Shown: positions 1 to 10,908 of the stretch, piece after piece
How the letters are laid out: every line of letters begins with the position of its first letter
Position numbering within the stretch: the stretch's first letter is position 1
Source of the DNA: Alkalispirochaeta sp.
GTDB lineage: Bacteria; Spirochaetota; Spirochaetia; DSM-27196; Alkalispirochaetaceae
Assembly: GCA_965601925.1 (NCBI GenBank)
Contig: OZ271854.1
Span: forward strand, 3,328,001 to 3,392,000
Direction of reading: 5' to 3'
Length of the DNA: 64,000 nt
The notes under the pieces: generated by a model
Seen by the model: only the letters and a program-made list of their open reading frames with translations
What the model was told of the DNA's origin: nothing
The model's database searches: none
Made by a program: the position numbers and the translations under genes

Positions 1-252
1 GCCGTCGGTTCGGGGGCGCGCGTCGTATGCCTTGTTGGGCCGTGCTTTACCCGCGTGGCGGTCGAGGCCGGCATCACGGGAAGGAACGGCGCCGCACCTG
101 CAGTCGTGACGGCCGCTACGGTCGAGGAAGCGGAGGAGACGCTCAAAGACGTTCTCCGAGATAATGAACTCATTTTGGTTAAGGGAAGTCGTGCACTCGC
201 GCTCGAGCGACTACTACCCGCTCTGGGCGTAGGGGAGGACGACGGTGCTTAA
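1..252 (+). CDS. murF: UDP-N-acetylmuramoyl-tripeptide--D-alanyl-D-alanine ligase, C-terminal part (5' end outside window)
   Basis: Frame open from base 1. C-terminal ILVKGSRALALERL motif typical of MurF; directly upstream of and overlapping mraY. Confidence 0.85.
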   Translation, partial: AVGSGARVVCLVGPCFTRVAVEAGITGRNGAAPAVVTAATVEEAEETLKDVLRDNELILVKGSRALALERLLPALGVGEDDGA

Positions 253-1324
253 GGAGTTTCTCTTTCCCCTGACGAATATCTTTACGCCGTTCAATGTCTT
301 TCAGTACATCACGTTTCGCGGGGCGTACGCCGCGGTTACCTCGCTTCTGATCACGTTCATCTTCGGGCCGTGGACGATCTCGATGCTGCGGAAACTGCGT
401 TTCGGAGAGGAGATTCGCGGCGACGGACCGGAGACGCATCTGGCGAAGTCGGGGACGCCCACGATGGGTGGTGTGCTCATTATTTTGTCCATCGTCGTGT
501 CGGGAGTGTTATGGCTCGATATCGGCGTGGCGTACACGTGGATCGGCCTGCTCGCAGTCGTCGGCTTCGGTTCGATCGGTATCGTCGACGATCTGCGCAA
601 AATCAGAAAGAAAGACAAGGGCGGGTTGAGCGGTTGGTACAAGATCGTAGGGCAGATGGCGGTCGCAACGGTGATCGTCTTGCTGCTCTACGTGCACGGG
701 AACGAACACGTGACGCTGCTCTATCTACCTTTTTTGAAGAACGCGGTCGCCGATCTCGGCCTCTGGTATATCCCTTTCGCGGTGATCCTGATGGTCGGGA
801 CGTCCAACGCGGTGAACCTTACCGACGGACTGGACGGCCTCGCGACGGGGCTGGTTCTCATGGTGGGGCTGACCTTTGCGGTGCTCTCCTACGTCACCGG
901 GCGGGTCGACTACTCCGCGTACCTCCAGATTCCCTATCTGCCCGGGGGCGGTGAGTTGGCTATCCTGAGTCTGGCGGTCGTCGGTGCATGCGTCGGTTTT
1001 TTATGGTTCAACGGTCATCCTGCGGAGATCATGATGGGTGACACAGGAAGTCTCTCCCTCGGCGGTATCATCGGTGCGCTGGCGGTCATGACGAAGAAAG
1101 AGGTGTTGCTCGTGATCATCGGCGGCGTGTTCGTGCTGGAGGCCGTCTCGGTGATCATGCAGGTCGCATCGTTCAAGTTTACGGGAAAACGGGTGTTTCG
1201 GATGGCGCCGATTCACCACCACTTCGAACTCTTGGGATGGCCGGAGAGCAAGGTAGTTCTCCGGTTATGGATCCTGGGAGGGCTCTTTGCGATTTTGAGC
1301 CTCTCGACCCTGAAGATTCGGTAG
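245..1324 (+). CDS. mraY: Phospho-N-acetylmuramoyl-pentapeptide transferase
   Basis: KSGTPTMGG, SNAVNLTDGLDGLA, MGDTGS and APIHHHFE motifs; multiple TM segments. Confidence 0.98.
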   Translation: MLKEFLFPLTNIFTPFNVFQYITFRGAYAAVTSLLITFIFGPWTISMLRKLRFGEEIRGDGPETHLAKSGTPTMGGVLIILSIVVSGVLWLDIGVAYTWIGLLAVVGFGSIGIVDDLRKIRKKDKGGLSGWYKIVGQMAVATVIVLLLYVHGNEHVTLLYLPFLKNAVADLGLWYIPFAVILMVGTSNAVNLTDGLDGLATGLVLMVGLTFAVLSYVTGRVDYSAYLQIPYLPGGGELAILSLAVVGACVGFLWFNGHPAEIMMGDTGSLSLGGIIGALAVMTKKEVLLVIIGGVFVLEAVSVIMQVASFKFTGKRVFRMAPIHHHFELLGWPESKVVLRLWILGGLFAILSLSTLKIR

Positions 1325-1325
1325 T

Positions 1326-2516
1326 ATGGTGCTGAGCGGTAGTTTTTTCGTAGAACAGATTCAGGACAAACGCTCGCGTATCGATCCGATCATGGTCGCC
1401 TTGCTGTTCGTGTTGGTCGTCGTCGGTCTCGGGATGCTCTGGTCCGCATCGTGGTTTCGCGCGCAGCAGTTGTACGGCGAGCCGCTGCGGTTCGTCTTGC
1501 GCCAAGGGTTATGGGTCGTCGTCGGGCTGGCTGCAATGGCCGTCGCGGCGGTGTTTCCGTTGCGCTGGGTGCGACGCGCATTACCCGCCCTGGTACTTTT
1601 GTCTCTCGCAGTGTCGCTCTTGACCTTCGTGCCCGGCATAAGCGCGCGTTACATGGGAGCGCGACGGTGGATCATTCTCTTTAACGTCTCGTTCCAGCCG
1701 TCTGAGTTGGTAAAAATGACGATGATCGTTTACCTCGCGCATATCTTTTCACGACGCGAGGGAGACTTTTCCGATCCGCTCCATTCGTTGGTGCCGCCGG
1801 TGTTGATCGTGTCCCTCTTTTCGGGGATCGTGCTGTTGCAGAACGATTTCAGTACCGCCGTGTTCCTGGTAATCGTTGCAATGGTCATGTTTTTTATCGC
1901 CGGGGTACCGATCGGATACTTTGTGAAGATGTTCGTCCTCGTCGTGCCCATCGGTATCATCACGCTCTTTACGCGCGAGCACCGTGTACGCCGCGTCATT
2001 TCGTTTCTCAATCCCGAGTACGATCCCATCGGAAGCGGGTTCCAGGTGCTCGCGGCTCGTCGCGCATTGGAAGCCGGCGGCTTCTGGGGAGTCGGTATCG
2101 GGCGGAGCGAGCGAAAGTTCGGTGGATTGCCCGAGGCGCAGTCGGACTTTCTCTTTGCCGTTTTGGGCGAGGAGCTCGGTTTCATCGGGGTAACGATCAT
2201 CACGGGTCTCTTTTTGCTGTTCGCCGCTCGCGGACTGTATCTGGCGCGACGACAGAACGATTGGTTCCGGTCGCTTCTGATATTCGGGCTTACGGCGAGT
2301 ATCGTCTTTCAGGCGCTCTTGAATATCGCCGTGGTTGCCGGGGCGGTACCGGCGACCGGCATTCCACTGCCCTTTTTCTCCGCGGGAGGGTCGTCGTTGG
2401 TCATTACCTTCGCGATGTGCGGCTTGATCCTGAACGCCGCCTCCGATCGTGGCGCCCCGGCGAATCAAAGCGCTACGGGCGCGCGGTCGTATGTATGGGG
2501 GGATCGACGTGTCTGA
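1326..2516 (+). CDS. ftsW: SEDS peptidoglycan glycosyltransferase FtsW
   Basis: GARRWI, FQPSELVK, LPEAQSDF and TGIPLPFFSAGGSSL motifs; dcw context. Confidence 0.96.
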   Translation: MVLSGSFFVEQIQDKRSRIDPIMVALLFVLVVVGLGMLWSASWFRAQQLYGEPLRFVLRQGLWVVVGLAAMAVAAVFPLRWVRRALPALVLLSLAVSLLTFVPGISARYMGARRWIILFNVSFQPSELVKMTMIVYLAHIFSRREGDFSDPLHSLVPPVLIVSLFSGIVLLQNDFSTAVFLVIVAMVMFFIAGVPIGYFVKMFVLVVPIGIITLFTREHRVRRVISFLNPEYDPIGSGFQVLAARRALEAGGFWGVGIGRSERKFGGLPEAQSDFLFAVLGEELGFIGVTIITGLFLLFAARGLYLARRQNDWFRSLLIFGLTASIVFQALLNIAVVAGAVPATGIPLPFFSAGGSSLVITFAMCGLILNAASDRGAPANQSATGARSYVWGDRRV

Positions 2517-3330
2517 AGCGATTATGTCGCGTCGGCAGCGCCGGAGGACGAGCGCGCCCGCCTCAAGCAGCCGTCTGCTCGTCCTGCTGGCCGTACTTTT
2601 GAGCGTCGTGCTCATCGGATATGTGATCGCGGTCACCGTGGCGTTGCCCTATATGGGAGTGTCGCGCGTGGTGGTGCAGGCCGACTTTGAGATGAATCGC
2701 GAGGCGCTGTTGGAGCTGGCGGGCTTGAACGGCGCGCCGTTTCTCTTCTCCGTACGTCCCGACGAGATAGCCGCCCGTCTAGAGAGTCATCCTATGATCC
2801 GAACGGCCGTGGTCGAGCGCGCCTTTCCCGACACCGTGCGTCTGGAACTGTTGCGACGTCGGCCGCTCGCCGTCGCGTTGGTGGAACACAACGGTACGAG
2901 CAGACCCTTTGTCGTCGATGAGACCGGAACCCTGTTCGACGGTGGCGCGCATCTTGCGAGTTACGATCTGCCGGTGCTCTCCGGTATTCGCTTCGAGGGC
3001 GATGTCGTCGGCGGCAAACTCCCCGAGGAGATCTGCGCCTTCTTGACGCGCCTATACGACGTGCGTCTTTCGTCTCCCGAGATATTCGCGTCACTTTCGG
3101 AACTCAGGATCGAGGCGCGCGGGGGAGGCGAGCACGACGTACTACTCTTTACCGAATCGTTTCGCGTTCCCGTTCGACTCGATTTGCACATCGATCGTGA
3201 GGTCGGTAAGTATGCGTTGATGGTTTTGGACGTACTTGCGCAGCAGGGAATCGCCGACGATGTCGCCGAAGTGGATTTTCGCTCCGGAGAGATCGTCTAC
3301 CGGCTGAAGGAGGACCGAAGTGTCCGTTGA
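2509..3330 (+). CDS. ftsQ: Cell division protein FtsQ/DivIB (POTRA domain)
   Basis: Basic N-terminus, one TM, POTRA-like segment (HPMIRTAVVERAFPDTV), C-terminal VDFR; lies between ftsW and ftsA. Start set at GTG 2509 overlapping the ftsW stop (ATG 2524 is an alternative). Confidence 0.88.
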   Translation: MSEAIMSRRQRRRTSAPASSSRLLVLLAVLLSVVLIGYVIAVTVALPYMGVSRVVVQADFEMNREALLELAGLNGAPFLFSVRPDEIAARLESHPMIRTAVVERAFPDTVRLELLRRRPLAVALVEHNGTSRPFVVDETGTLFDGGAHLASYDLPVLSGIRFEGDVVGGKLPEEICAFLTRLYDVRLSSPEIFASLSELRIEARGGGEHDVLLFTESFRVPVRLDLHIDREVGKYALMVLDVLAQQGIADDVAEVDFRSGEIVYRLKEDRSVR

Positions 3331-4546
3331 CGATATGATCGTCGGACTCGACATCGGTACGAGTAAGATTACCGCGACCATCGCCGAGTATGACGAGTCC
3401 GGTGCGCTTGAGATTATCGGTGTCGGGAGTACGCCCTCTTCGGGGCTCCGCCGAGGTGTGGTTATCAACATCGAGGCGACGTTGCGGAGCGTCGTCGACG
3501 CGATTGAAGCGGCGGAACAGATGGCGGGGCGCGAGGTCAAACGTGTGGTAAGCGGTATCGCCGGTAGCCACATCGAGGGGCTCAATTCGCGCGGCGTGGT
3601 CGCGGTCACCGGAAAGGGCCGAGAGATTACGCAGGACGATGTCGACCGCGTAATCGAGGCGGCCAAGGCGGTGTCGATCCCCATGGATCGGGAGATTCTC
3701 CACGTCGTGCCCCGCGATTACATGATCGACGAGCAGGGGGGAATCAAAAACCCCCTGGACATGATCGGCGTACGCCTGGAAGTCGAAGTTCATATGATTA
3801 CCGGGTCGGTTACCGCCGCCCAGAACTTGGTAAAATGCGTCAACCGCGCCGGATTCGAGATCGGCCAAGTCGTCTTCAGCTCACTCGCCGCGGCAGAGGC
3901 GGTGCTGTCTCAAGACGAGAAGGATCTTGGTGTCGTCGTCGTGGATATCGGCGGTGGGACGACCAACGTGTTGATGTACCGCGACGGTGCTCCGTACTAC
4001 AGCTTTGTGCTTCCCGTGGGCGGTTCGCAGGTGACCGGCGACCTCTCGATTATGCTCAAAACGTCGACGGAGTCGGCGGAGCGCATCAAACGCGAGGCCG
4101 GTTGTGCCTACAGACCGTTGGTGGAAGAAGGTGAGCCGGTCATCGTGCCCGGCGTCGGCGGGCGGCCGCCCATCCAGTGTACGCGCGAACAGGTCTGCGA
4201 GATCATCCAACCTCGCATGACCGAGATCTTCCGAATGGTGCGGGAACGGCTGGACGGACAGCGGCTGTTGGACCGGATCGCCGGCGGTTTGGTGCTCACC
4301 GGGGGCGGCGCGATGCTGCCGGGAGTCGTAGAGTTGGGGCAGGACATCTTCAATCTGGGTGGCCGGATCGGGCAACCGGGCCGACACGGCGGGTTGGTCG
4401 ATCGGTATCAAAGTCCGGAGTATGCGACCGCGGTCGGGTTGGTGTTGTATAGCCATCGCCTGGGCCTCGGCGACTCCGGCGTACCGAAGGAGCGTTCCGA
4501 CGGGGTCATGAAGGGACTCCGTCGCTGGATGAAACACTTTTTTTAA
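3320..4546 (+). CDS. ftsA: Cell division protein FtsA
   Basis: [15 protein letters not shown] and LTGGGA actin-fold motifs; C-terminal amphipathic helix. Confidence 0.98.
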   Translation: MSVDDMIVGLDIGTSKITATIAEYDESGALEIIGVGSTPSSGLRRGVVINIEATLRSVVDAIEAAEQMAGREVKRVVSGIAGSHIEGLNSRGVVAVTGKGREITQDDVDRVIEAAKAVSIPMDREILHVVPRDYMIDEQGGIKNPLDMIGVRLEVEVHMITGSVTAAQNLVKCVNRAGFEIGQVVFSSLAAAEAVLSQDEKDLGVVVVDIGGGTTNVLMYRDGAPYYSFVLPVGGSQVTGDLSIMLKTSTESAERIKREAGCAYRPLVEEGEPVIVPGVGGRPPIQCTREQVCEIIQPRMTEIFRMVRERLDGQRLLDRIAGGLVLTGGGAMLPGVVELGQDIFNLGGRIGQPGRHGGLVDRYQSPEYATAVGLVLYSHRLGLGDSGVPKERSDGVMKGLRRWMKHFF

Positions 4547-4583
4547 GCGGGGATACAAAACGATGCACAAGGGAGGGGAGTGC

Positions 4584-5789
4584 ATGAATTTTCAAGTATA
4601 CGAAGACGATCTTTCGATCGCATCATCGGGGACCAGCCCCACGGTGATCAAGGTTATCGGCGTCGGGGGCGGCGGCGGCAACGCCGTGAACCGCATGATT
4701 CAGGCGGGGCTGACCAACATCGAGTTCATAGCCGTCAATACCGACCTGCAGGCGCTCCAGAGCTCTCAAGCGGAGCTGCGCATACCGTTGGGAACCAAGA
4801 TTACCGGCGGATTAGGCGCGGGCGGGAAGCCCGAAGTCGGCGAACAGGCGGCGCTGGAGGATAAGGACCAGATTCGGGGCTTCTTAGAGGGCGCCGATAT
4901 GGTCTTCGTCACCGCCGGAATGGGCGGCGGCACCGGTACCGGGGCGGCTCCGGTTATCGCGGATATTTCGCGCAATCTCGGTATTCTGACCGTTGCCGTC
5001 GTGACGCGCCCCTTCACGTTTGAGGGACAACGAAAAGCGCGCCTCGCCCAAGAGGGTGTGGACAAGCTGCGTGCTGCGGTCGACACATTGATTACCATTC
5101 CCAACCAGCATCTTCTGAAGATCGTGGAAAAGAACACGCCGATTAACGACGCGTTCCTCGTCGCCGACGACGTGTTGCGGCAGGGTGTCCAGGGCATCAG
5201 CGATCTCATTACCAAAGACGGCATGATTAACATCGATTTTGCCGACGTGCGCACGGTTATGTCAGGTCAGGGCGACGCACTCATGGGCATCGGCAGGGGC
5301 GAAGGCGACAACCGAGCGGTCGATGCTGCAACCAACGCCATCAACAATCCGCTTCTTGAGGATGCGCATATCGAGGGTGCCAACAAAATTCTGGTGAACG
5401 TGACCGGCGGCGCCGACTTCACCCTCACCGAATACGAAGACATCATGAAGATCATTACCGCCAATGCCGACGACGACGTCCTGGTCATTGCCGGCACCGC
5501 GGTCGATCAACGCCTCGACGGTGAGGTGCGCGTGACGGTGATCGCTACCGGATTCGGTGAGAGCATCGCCCCCGGAGTGGGCGCCGGTGCGCAATCGCGG
5601 GGAGCCCCGGAGTCGGACTGCGGCGGTAAGGCCGAAGAGCAGCCGGAGTTCATAAACCTGGATACGTGGAACAACCTCACGCGTCCCGGCCGTCAGGAGG
5701 ATCTCTTCTCCGAGACATCCGACGACGATGAGCAGCTCGGGGTTCCGGCAATCCTGAGACAGCGCCGCGCTGCGGGTAAGTTTTTTTAG
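4584..5789 (+). CDS. ftsZ: Cell division protein FtsZ
   Basis: [20 protein letters not shown] and INIDFADV motifs; C-terminal VPAILR. Start ATG 4584 follows a GGAGG SD. Confidence 0.99.
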   Translation: MNFQVYEDDLSIASSGTSPTVIKVIGVGGGGGNAVNRMIQAGLTNIEFIAVNTDLQALQSSQAELRIPLGTKITGGLGAGGKPEVGEQAALEDKDQIRGFLEGADMVFVTAGMGGGTGTGAAPVIADISRNLGILTVAVVTRPFTFEGQRKARLAQEGVDKLRAAVDTLITIPNQHLLKIVEKNTPINDAFLVADDVLRQGVQGISDLITKDGMINIDFADVRTVMSGQGDALMGIGRGEGDNRAVDAATNAINNPLLEDAHIEGANKILVNVTGGADFTLTEYEDIMKIITANADDDVLVIAGTAVDQRLDGEVRVTVIATGFGESIAPGVGAGAQSRGAPESDCGGKAEEQPEFINLDTWNNLTRPGRQEDLFSETSDDDEQLGVPAILRQRRAAGKFF

Positions 5790-5798
5790 GGGGGATCG

Positions 5799-6692
5799 GT
5801 GCCTTCCACCGCAACGCTTCTGGATCAGTTCCGCGACTACCTCTTAGTCGAGCTGCGTTTGTCGAAACAGACCGCCGACACGTATCTGCGCGAGTGTACA
5901 TCGGCGGACGCGGATGCTCGTGAGAACGGCCTGAATCTCGCGGAGTTGAACACCGCGCAGCTGGTCGACTACCTCATTCGGCGTCAGACCGCCGACGATC
6001 CGGTGGATTCACGTACCATCGCCAAAGGGCTCTCGGCGTTGCGCTCGTTTTTTCAGTTCTGCGTACTGGAAGAGCTGCGCCCCGACAACCCGGCGATGAG
6101 CGTGTCTTCACCGCGGGGGGAACATCGACTTCCGGGGGTATTGTCGGTCGAAGAGGTCGAGCGTCTGTTGGAGTCGATCGATCTCGGGAATGCCGGAGGC
6201 GTGCGCGATCGAGCGCTCTTCGAGCTGATCTACTCTTCGGGCCTTCGTATCTCGGAGGCGGTGGGCCTGGACCAGAATCACCTGTACCTTGAAGAGGCGT
6301 TGATACTGGTGCGCGGGAAGGGAGACAAGGAGCGTATGGTACCTCTCGGCGAGGAGGCGGTACGCTGGATGAAGCGTTACCTGGAAGAGGGACGGCCCAA
6401 GCTCTCGCGAAGTATCGCCGAGCGAGCGCTCTTCCTCAATCGGCGCGGGATGCGCCTTTCCAGAAAGGGTATGTGGAAGCGCTTCCACGAGTTGACGCAA
6501 GCGGTCGGGATCGATGCGAAGGTCCACACCCTCCGGCATAGCTTTGCGACTCACCTTTTGGAGGGCGGTGCCGATCTGCGGGCGGTGCAGGAGCTTCTGG
6601 GACACGCCGATATCGCAACGACGCAAATCTACACACATGTAGATACCGATGACCTAAAGGCATATCATGAGCGCTTTCATCCCAGAGGATAA
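5799..6692 (+). CDS. xerD: Site-specific tyrosine recombinase XerD
   Basis: [30 protein letters not shown] and LGHADIATTQIYTH motifs; ends in FHPRG. Confidence 0.9.
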   Translation: MPSTATLLDQFRDYLLVELRLSKQTADTYLRECTSADADARENGLNLAELNTAQLVDYLIRRQTADDPVDSRTIAKGLSALRSFFQFCVLEELRPDNPAMSVSSPRGEHRLPGVLSVEEVERLLESIDLGNAGGVRDRALFELIYSSGLRISEAVGLDQNHLYLEEALILVRGKGDKERMVPLGEEAVRWMKRYLEEGRPKLSRSIAERALFLNRRGMRLSRKGMWKRFHELTQAVGIDAKVHTLRHSFATHLLEGGADLRAVQELLGHADIATTQIYTHVDTDDLKAYHERFHPRG

Positions 6693-6710
6693 CGGAGTAA
6701 GGAGTTCGAT

Positions 6711-7508
6711 ATGAACGAATCGGAGATTAAAACGGGTATAGCACGCGCAAACGATACGCTCGAAAAAGCCGGGCGCCCGGCGATCGCCTTCGACGGGACG
6801 GCGCGGGTGGATAGCGAGGCGGGCCTCGCGCGCTACTTCGACCATACCTTGCTGAAGCCGGAAGCGACCGAAGACCGGTACCGCACACTGTGCGAGGAGG
6901 CCAGGCGTTACGGCACGAGAAGCGTCTGTGTGCCGCCGGATCGGGTAGCGCTGTGCGCCGAGTTGTTGCGCGGATCCGATACCGAGGTGTGTACCGTCAT
7001 CGGGTTTCCTCTCGGATACCACAGCTCTTCGGCCAAAGTTGCCGAAGTCGAAATGGCCGCCTCCCAGGGTGCGACCGAGTTCGATATGGTCATTCCCATC
7101 GGACGCATGCGCGACGGAGACCCGACGGTGGTGTACGACGATGTGCGCGCGGTAGTGGCGGCGGCGGGCGAGAAGATCGTGAAAGTAATCCTGGAGATCG
7201 CGCTCCTCGATGAGACGCAGAAGGTCCAGGCGGCGGTCGCGGCGGTGAGAGCCGGAGCGGCGATCCTTAAGACCTCGACCGGCTTCGCCTCAACGGGAGC
7301 GACGATCGAGGATCTGCGTATGTTTCGCATCGTGGCCGGGGATGCACGGGGAGTGAAGGCCGCCGGAGGAATCCGCGACTTGGCGTTCACCCGGGCGTGT
7401 ATCGAGGCCGGAGTCGACCGAATCGGCGCTTCCGCGACCGTCTCGATCCTTGAAGAGGCGGCGGGACGTATCGATGCGTCACAGAGTAGGAGTGGAGACG
7501 GATACTGA
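6711..7508 (+). CDS. deoC: Deoxyribose-phosphate aldolase
   Basis: DHTLLKP, TVIGFPLG, EFDMV, KVILE, KTSTGF and VKAAGGIR motifs. Confidence 0.95.
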   Translation: MNESEIKTGIARANDTLEKAGRPAIAFDGTARVDSEAGLARYFDHTLLKPEATEDRYRTLCEEARRYGTRSVCVPPDRVALCAELLRGSDTEVCTVIGFPLGYHSSSAKVAEVEMAASQGATEFDMVIPIGRMRDGDPTVVYDDVRAVVAAAGEKIVKVILEIALLDETQKVQAAVAAVRAGAAILKTSTGFASTGATIEDLRMFRIVAGDARGVKAAGGIRDLAFTRACIEAGVDRIGASATVSILEEAAGRIDASQSRSGDGY

Positions 7509-8245
7509 TGGCACGAGTCGGGCGCACGGTACGACACGGAGTACTCATCTCGGCGACGCTTGCGGCGGTCATATTTCTCGCCGCGTGCGCCCCCGAGGAG
7601 GAGCCGGCGCTCGACTTTTTGGTCGCTACCGAGGGTGCAACCTACGACGGCGTCTCCGTTTCGGAGGAGCGCGTCGAACAGCTGCGCGCCGATATCGAAC
7701 GCTATCGCGAAGAGATCCGCGAGACGACGATTCGCCTCGGACGAGTAGCCACGTTTCAACGGCTCTTGGCGCGGGAGCTCATGGAAGCGGAGATGTACGG
7801 TCCGGCGTTGGAGGCACTTGAGGCCGCGATGGCGATCCAGACCGACAACGCGAACCTGTACTATCTCGCCGGCGTCGCCACCGCTCGCTCCGCCCGTGCG
7901 CGCATTACGGCGGGCGACGAGACGGCGTACTACGATCGAGCGGAGCGCCTCTATCGCGCCGCGATCGACATCCGACCCGACTATCGCGAGGCGTTGTACG
8001 GACTGACCGTGTTGCTGACGTTCGAGCTCGATCGCCCCGAAGAGGCGCTGGCATACGCCCGCCGCCTGGTGGAGGTGGAATCGCGCGAACCCTCGGTACG
8101 GTTCCTGTTCGCGAACGTGTTGGTGCGTAACGGGTTGGACGAAGAGGCCGCTGCGGTCTACGGCGAGTTGGCGCGTAACGCCCTCACCGACGAACAGCGA
8201 CATCGTGCGGCGCAAAACAGAGATGCGCTCACGGGGGATCGGTAA
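7508..8245 (+). CDS. TPR-repeat lipoprotein
   Basis: Signal peptide with lipobox FLAAC, a coiled coil, then TPR-like helical repeats (LYYLAG..., ALYGL..., FLFANVL...). Confidence 0.75.
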   Translation: MARVGRTVRHGVLISATLAAVIFLAACAPEEEPALDFLVATEGATYDGVSVSEERVEQLRADIERYREEIRETTIRLGRVATFQRLLARELMEAEMYGPALEALEAAMAIQTDNANLYYLAGVATARSARARITAGDETAYYDRAERLYRAAIDIRPDYREALYGLTVLLTFELDRPEEALAYARRLVEVESREPSVRFLFANVLVRNGLDEEAAAVYGELARNALTDEQRHRAAQNRDALTGDR

Positions 8246-9384
8246 TGGTCGGCGGTAAGGGAACGCCGGTGAGGCACGAGGGAGAGGACGTGCGAGCCGG
8301 AGACGAACACAACTGGCGCGAACGACTCGTCGCGCGAGCGGCCGGGGCGAGGCGCCCCGACGACGATGCGCTTCTTTTGGTCGCGCGATTCCGACCTCTG
8401 CGACCTTTGGAGCGCCTCGCACTGCTTCTTGCGGTCCCGCGTTTGGATGGATTGCTGGCCCTGGAGCACTACGACGTGGAGCGTCTCATCCAGCGTCCTT
8501 TGCGCAAGACGCGCTGGGATCCGCACCACCTGCTCCGCGCCGTCGAGGCCGACCGTCGGTGGGCGGCAAAACCGGAGCGACGGGTCGTGTGGATCACGGA
8601 CGGAGAGTATCCGTCGCGTCTCACGCGACTGTTCGATCCACCGCCGATCCTCTATATGTGGGGAACGAGCGCCGCCGTAGGCCGAGGCACCGACGTGCCG
8701 TATGCGATCGCGATGGTAGGGACGCGTCGTCCCGACGAGGCGAGCGTCGTCGCGGCCTACGAAACGGGACGGATCGCCGCGGAACACGGATTGTCGGTAG
8801 TAAGCGGGCTTGCTCTCGGGATCGATGGTGCGATCCACCGCGGCGCCGTCGCCTCGGGGATCGAAAACCGCGCGGTGGCGGTACTCGGGTCGGGCATAGA
8901 CTCGGTCTACCCGGTACGCCACAGAGAGCTTGCAGCCGACATACTCGATCGCGGCGGAGTGATCCTCTCCGAGTATCCACCCGGGACGCCTGCTCAACGC
9001 TACCAGTTTCCGGCGCGCAATCGAATCGTTGCCGGTGTTTCTCTCGGCGTGGTGCTCTTTCAAGCGCCGGAACGCTCCGGCGCATTGATCACCGCCGATT
9101 TTGCGGCCCAAGTAGGCGTGCCGGTCATGGTGCACCGGAGCGCCTCGATATCGCCCGGCGGCCGTCGATGTATTGCCGACGGAGCCGACGAGGTGGCCGG
9201 AATCGAGGATATTCTCAACTGTCTGAGAGCGTCCGGGGTGTCGTTGGCCGACGAGTCGGATAGGTGCCGGCGAGCCGACACCCGCGCGCGAGGCGTCGTC
9301 TCGCGTTTCGGACCCGTCGATCCGCCCGGTTCACTCCGGGAGGCGCGACAAGCGATGCGCCGGCGAATAGGAGAAATGGTGTGA
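8245..9384 (+). CDS. dprA: DNA-processing protein DprA/Smf
   Basis: YPSRL..DPPPILY, AMVGTR, VVSGLALGIDG..H, FPARNRIVAG and SGALITA motifs; exact start uncertain. Confidence 0.93.
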   Translation: MVGGKGTPVRHEGEDVRAGDEHNWRERLVARAAGARRPDDDALLLVARFRPLRPLERLALLLAVPRLDGLLALEHYDVERLIQRPLRKTRWDPHHLLRAVEADRRWAAKPERRVVWITDGEYPSRLTRLFDPPPILYMWGTSAAVGRGTDVPYAIAMVGTRRPDEASVVAAYETGRIAAEHGLSVVSGLALGIDGAIHRGAVASGIENRAVAVLGSGIDSVYPVRHRELAADILDRGGVILSEYPPGTPAQRYQFPARNRIVAGVSLGVVLFQAPERSGALITADFAAQVGVPVMVHRSASISPGGRRCIADGADEVAGIEDILNCLRASGVSLADESDRCRRADTRARGVVSRFGPVDPPGSLREARQAMRRRIGEMV

Positions 9385-10370
9385 CCGATACCGCATTACG
9401 GAACGACATCGACCGCTACGTCGAGTACCTGCGCAGTGTGCGCGGTATGGCGCTCGCGAGCGTACGAGCCTATCGGGCCGATCTCGACCATTTTTCACAG
9501 TTCGCGGCCACCATTTCGACGGAGACGGCCGAAGACGTTACCTCGAATCTCGTCAGGCGTTGGGTGCGCGATATGGGCGACCGCGGCTTTGCCGCCACGA
9601 GCGTCAACCGGCGTCTCTCGGCGCTCCGCGGCTTTTTCGGCTTTCTCGAGCGCGAGGGACGCGTCACCGGTAACCCGGCGATGCCGATTCGAAGCCTCAA
9701 GATGCCCAAGCGACTCCCGGAGACGATGTTCGAGTCGGAGATCGAGCAGTTGCTCGCCATCGAGGGCGACGACTTCGCGACGTTACGCACTCGTGCACTG
9801 TTGGAGACGCTCTATTCAACCGGAGCGCGTATAAGCGAGGTCTGTTCCGCGAACGTGGATGATCTCGCCCTGAAGCGCCGATCGTTGTTGGTTCACGGTA
9901 AGGGCCGCAAAGACCGCTTCGTCTTTCTCGGAAACGGCGCCTTCGGCGTCCTATGCGACTATTTACCCCTACGCCAAGCCTTTGTCGCGAGGCACGGATT
10001 GGGGGATCAAAAGGCGCTCTTCCTCAATCTTCGGGGTGGAAGACTTTCTACCCGTGGGGCGGCGGGAATTATTTCGCAGCGACTACGGGAGTCGGGGGTA
10101 GAAAAATATCTCTCTCCGCACGGATTCCGCCACTCCTTTGCGACGCACCTACTCAACCACGGTGCCGATATCCGCATCGTTCAGGAGATGTTGGGGCATT
10201 CGAATCTATCTACGACACAAATCTACACGCACGTCGGCATGGAGCGGCTTCGCACCGTCTATCGCGATGCCCACCCCCACGCCCGTCGGCGGTCTCGTCG
10301 AGGCGATACTACGGCGGAACAACCTCGACCGGCGAGCGTACGCAAAGAAAGGACGCTTCATGGCTCATAA
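9381..10370 (+). CDS. xerC: Tyrosine recombinase XerC (CodV-like)
   Basis: [30 protein letters not shown] and [14 protein letters not shown] motifs, AHPHA; GTG 9381 overlaps the dprA stop (GTGA); precedes hslVU. Confidence 0.88.
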   Translation: MTDTALRNDIDRYVEYLRSVRGMALASVRAYRADLDHFSQFAATISTETAEDVTSNLVRRWVRDMGDRGFAATSVNRRLSALRGFFGFLEREGRVTGNPAMPIRSLKMPKRLPETMFESEIEQLLAIEGDDFATLRTRALLETLYSTGARISEVCSANVDDLALKRRSLLVHGKGRKDRFVFLGNGAFGVLCDYLPLRQAFVARHGLGDQKALFLNLRGGRLSTRGAAGIISQRLRESGVEKYLSPHGFRHSFATHLLNHGADIRIVQEMLGHSNLSTTQIYTHVGMERLRTVYRDAHPHARRRSRRGDTTAEQPRPASVRKERTLHGS

Positions 10371-10908
10371 CGGCATAACGGTACGAAGCACTACGATCGT
10401 GGCGGTGCAACGAGGCTCGTCGGTCGCTATCGCCGGCGACGGCCAAGTCTCGATGGGTAACTCCATCGTAAAAGGGAACGCGCGCAAGGTCCGTACAATC
10501 TACGACGGAAAGATCGCCGTGGGGTTTGCCGGTGCTACCGCCGACGCCTTCACGCTGTTTGAGCGCTTCGAGACGCGGGTGAAGGGATATTCCGGCGACC
10601 TCATGCGGAGCGCCGTGGAACTCGCTAAAGAGTGGCGCACCGATCGCGCGCTTCGCCGCTTGGAGGCGATGCTCTTGGTCGCCAATCGCGAGACGATGTT
10701 ATTGATATCCGGTACCGGAGACGTGATCGAGCCGGAGCACGGAGTGCTTGCGATCGGTTCCGGCGGCAACTACGCCCTCGCTGCGGCGCGCGCCCTCGTG
10801 GAACATACCGATATGGGCGCCCGTGAGATCGCCGAGGCGGCGTTGGGTATTGCGGGAGACATATGCGTCTTTACCAACCGGCATATCACGGTGGAGGAGT
10901 TGTCGTGA
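10360..10908 (+). CDS. hslV: ATP-dependent protease peptidase subunit HslV
   Basis: Short propeptide then catalytic [12 protein letters not shown] and AIGSGG motifs. Start ATG 10360 after an AAAGGA SD. Confidence 0.97.
   Translation: MAHNGITVRSTTIVAVQRGSSVAIAGDGQVSMGNSIVKGNARKVRTIYDGKIAVGFAGATADAFTLFERFETRVKGYSGDLMRSAVELAKEWRTDRALRRLEAMLLVANRETMLLISGTGDVIEPEHGVLAIGSGGNYALAAARALVEHTDMGAREIAEAALGIAGDICVFTNRHITVEELS

Noticed and set aside
5799..10370. Two tyrosine recombinases flanking three genes as a possible integrative element
   Set aside because: Both look like housekeeping XerD and XerC in their usual spirochaete context; no att repeats, tRNA or mobile cargo were seen.
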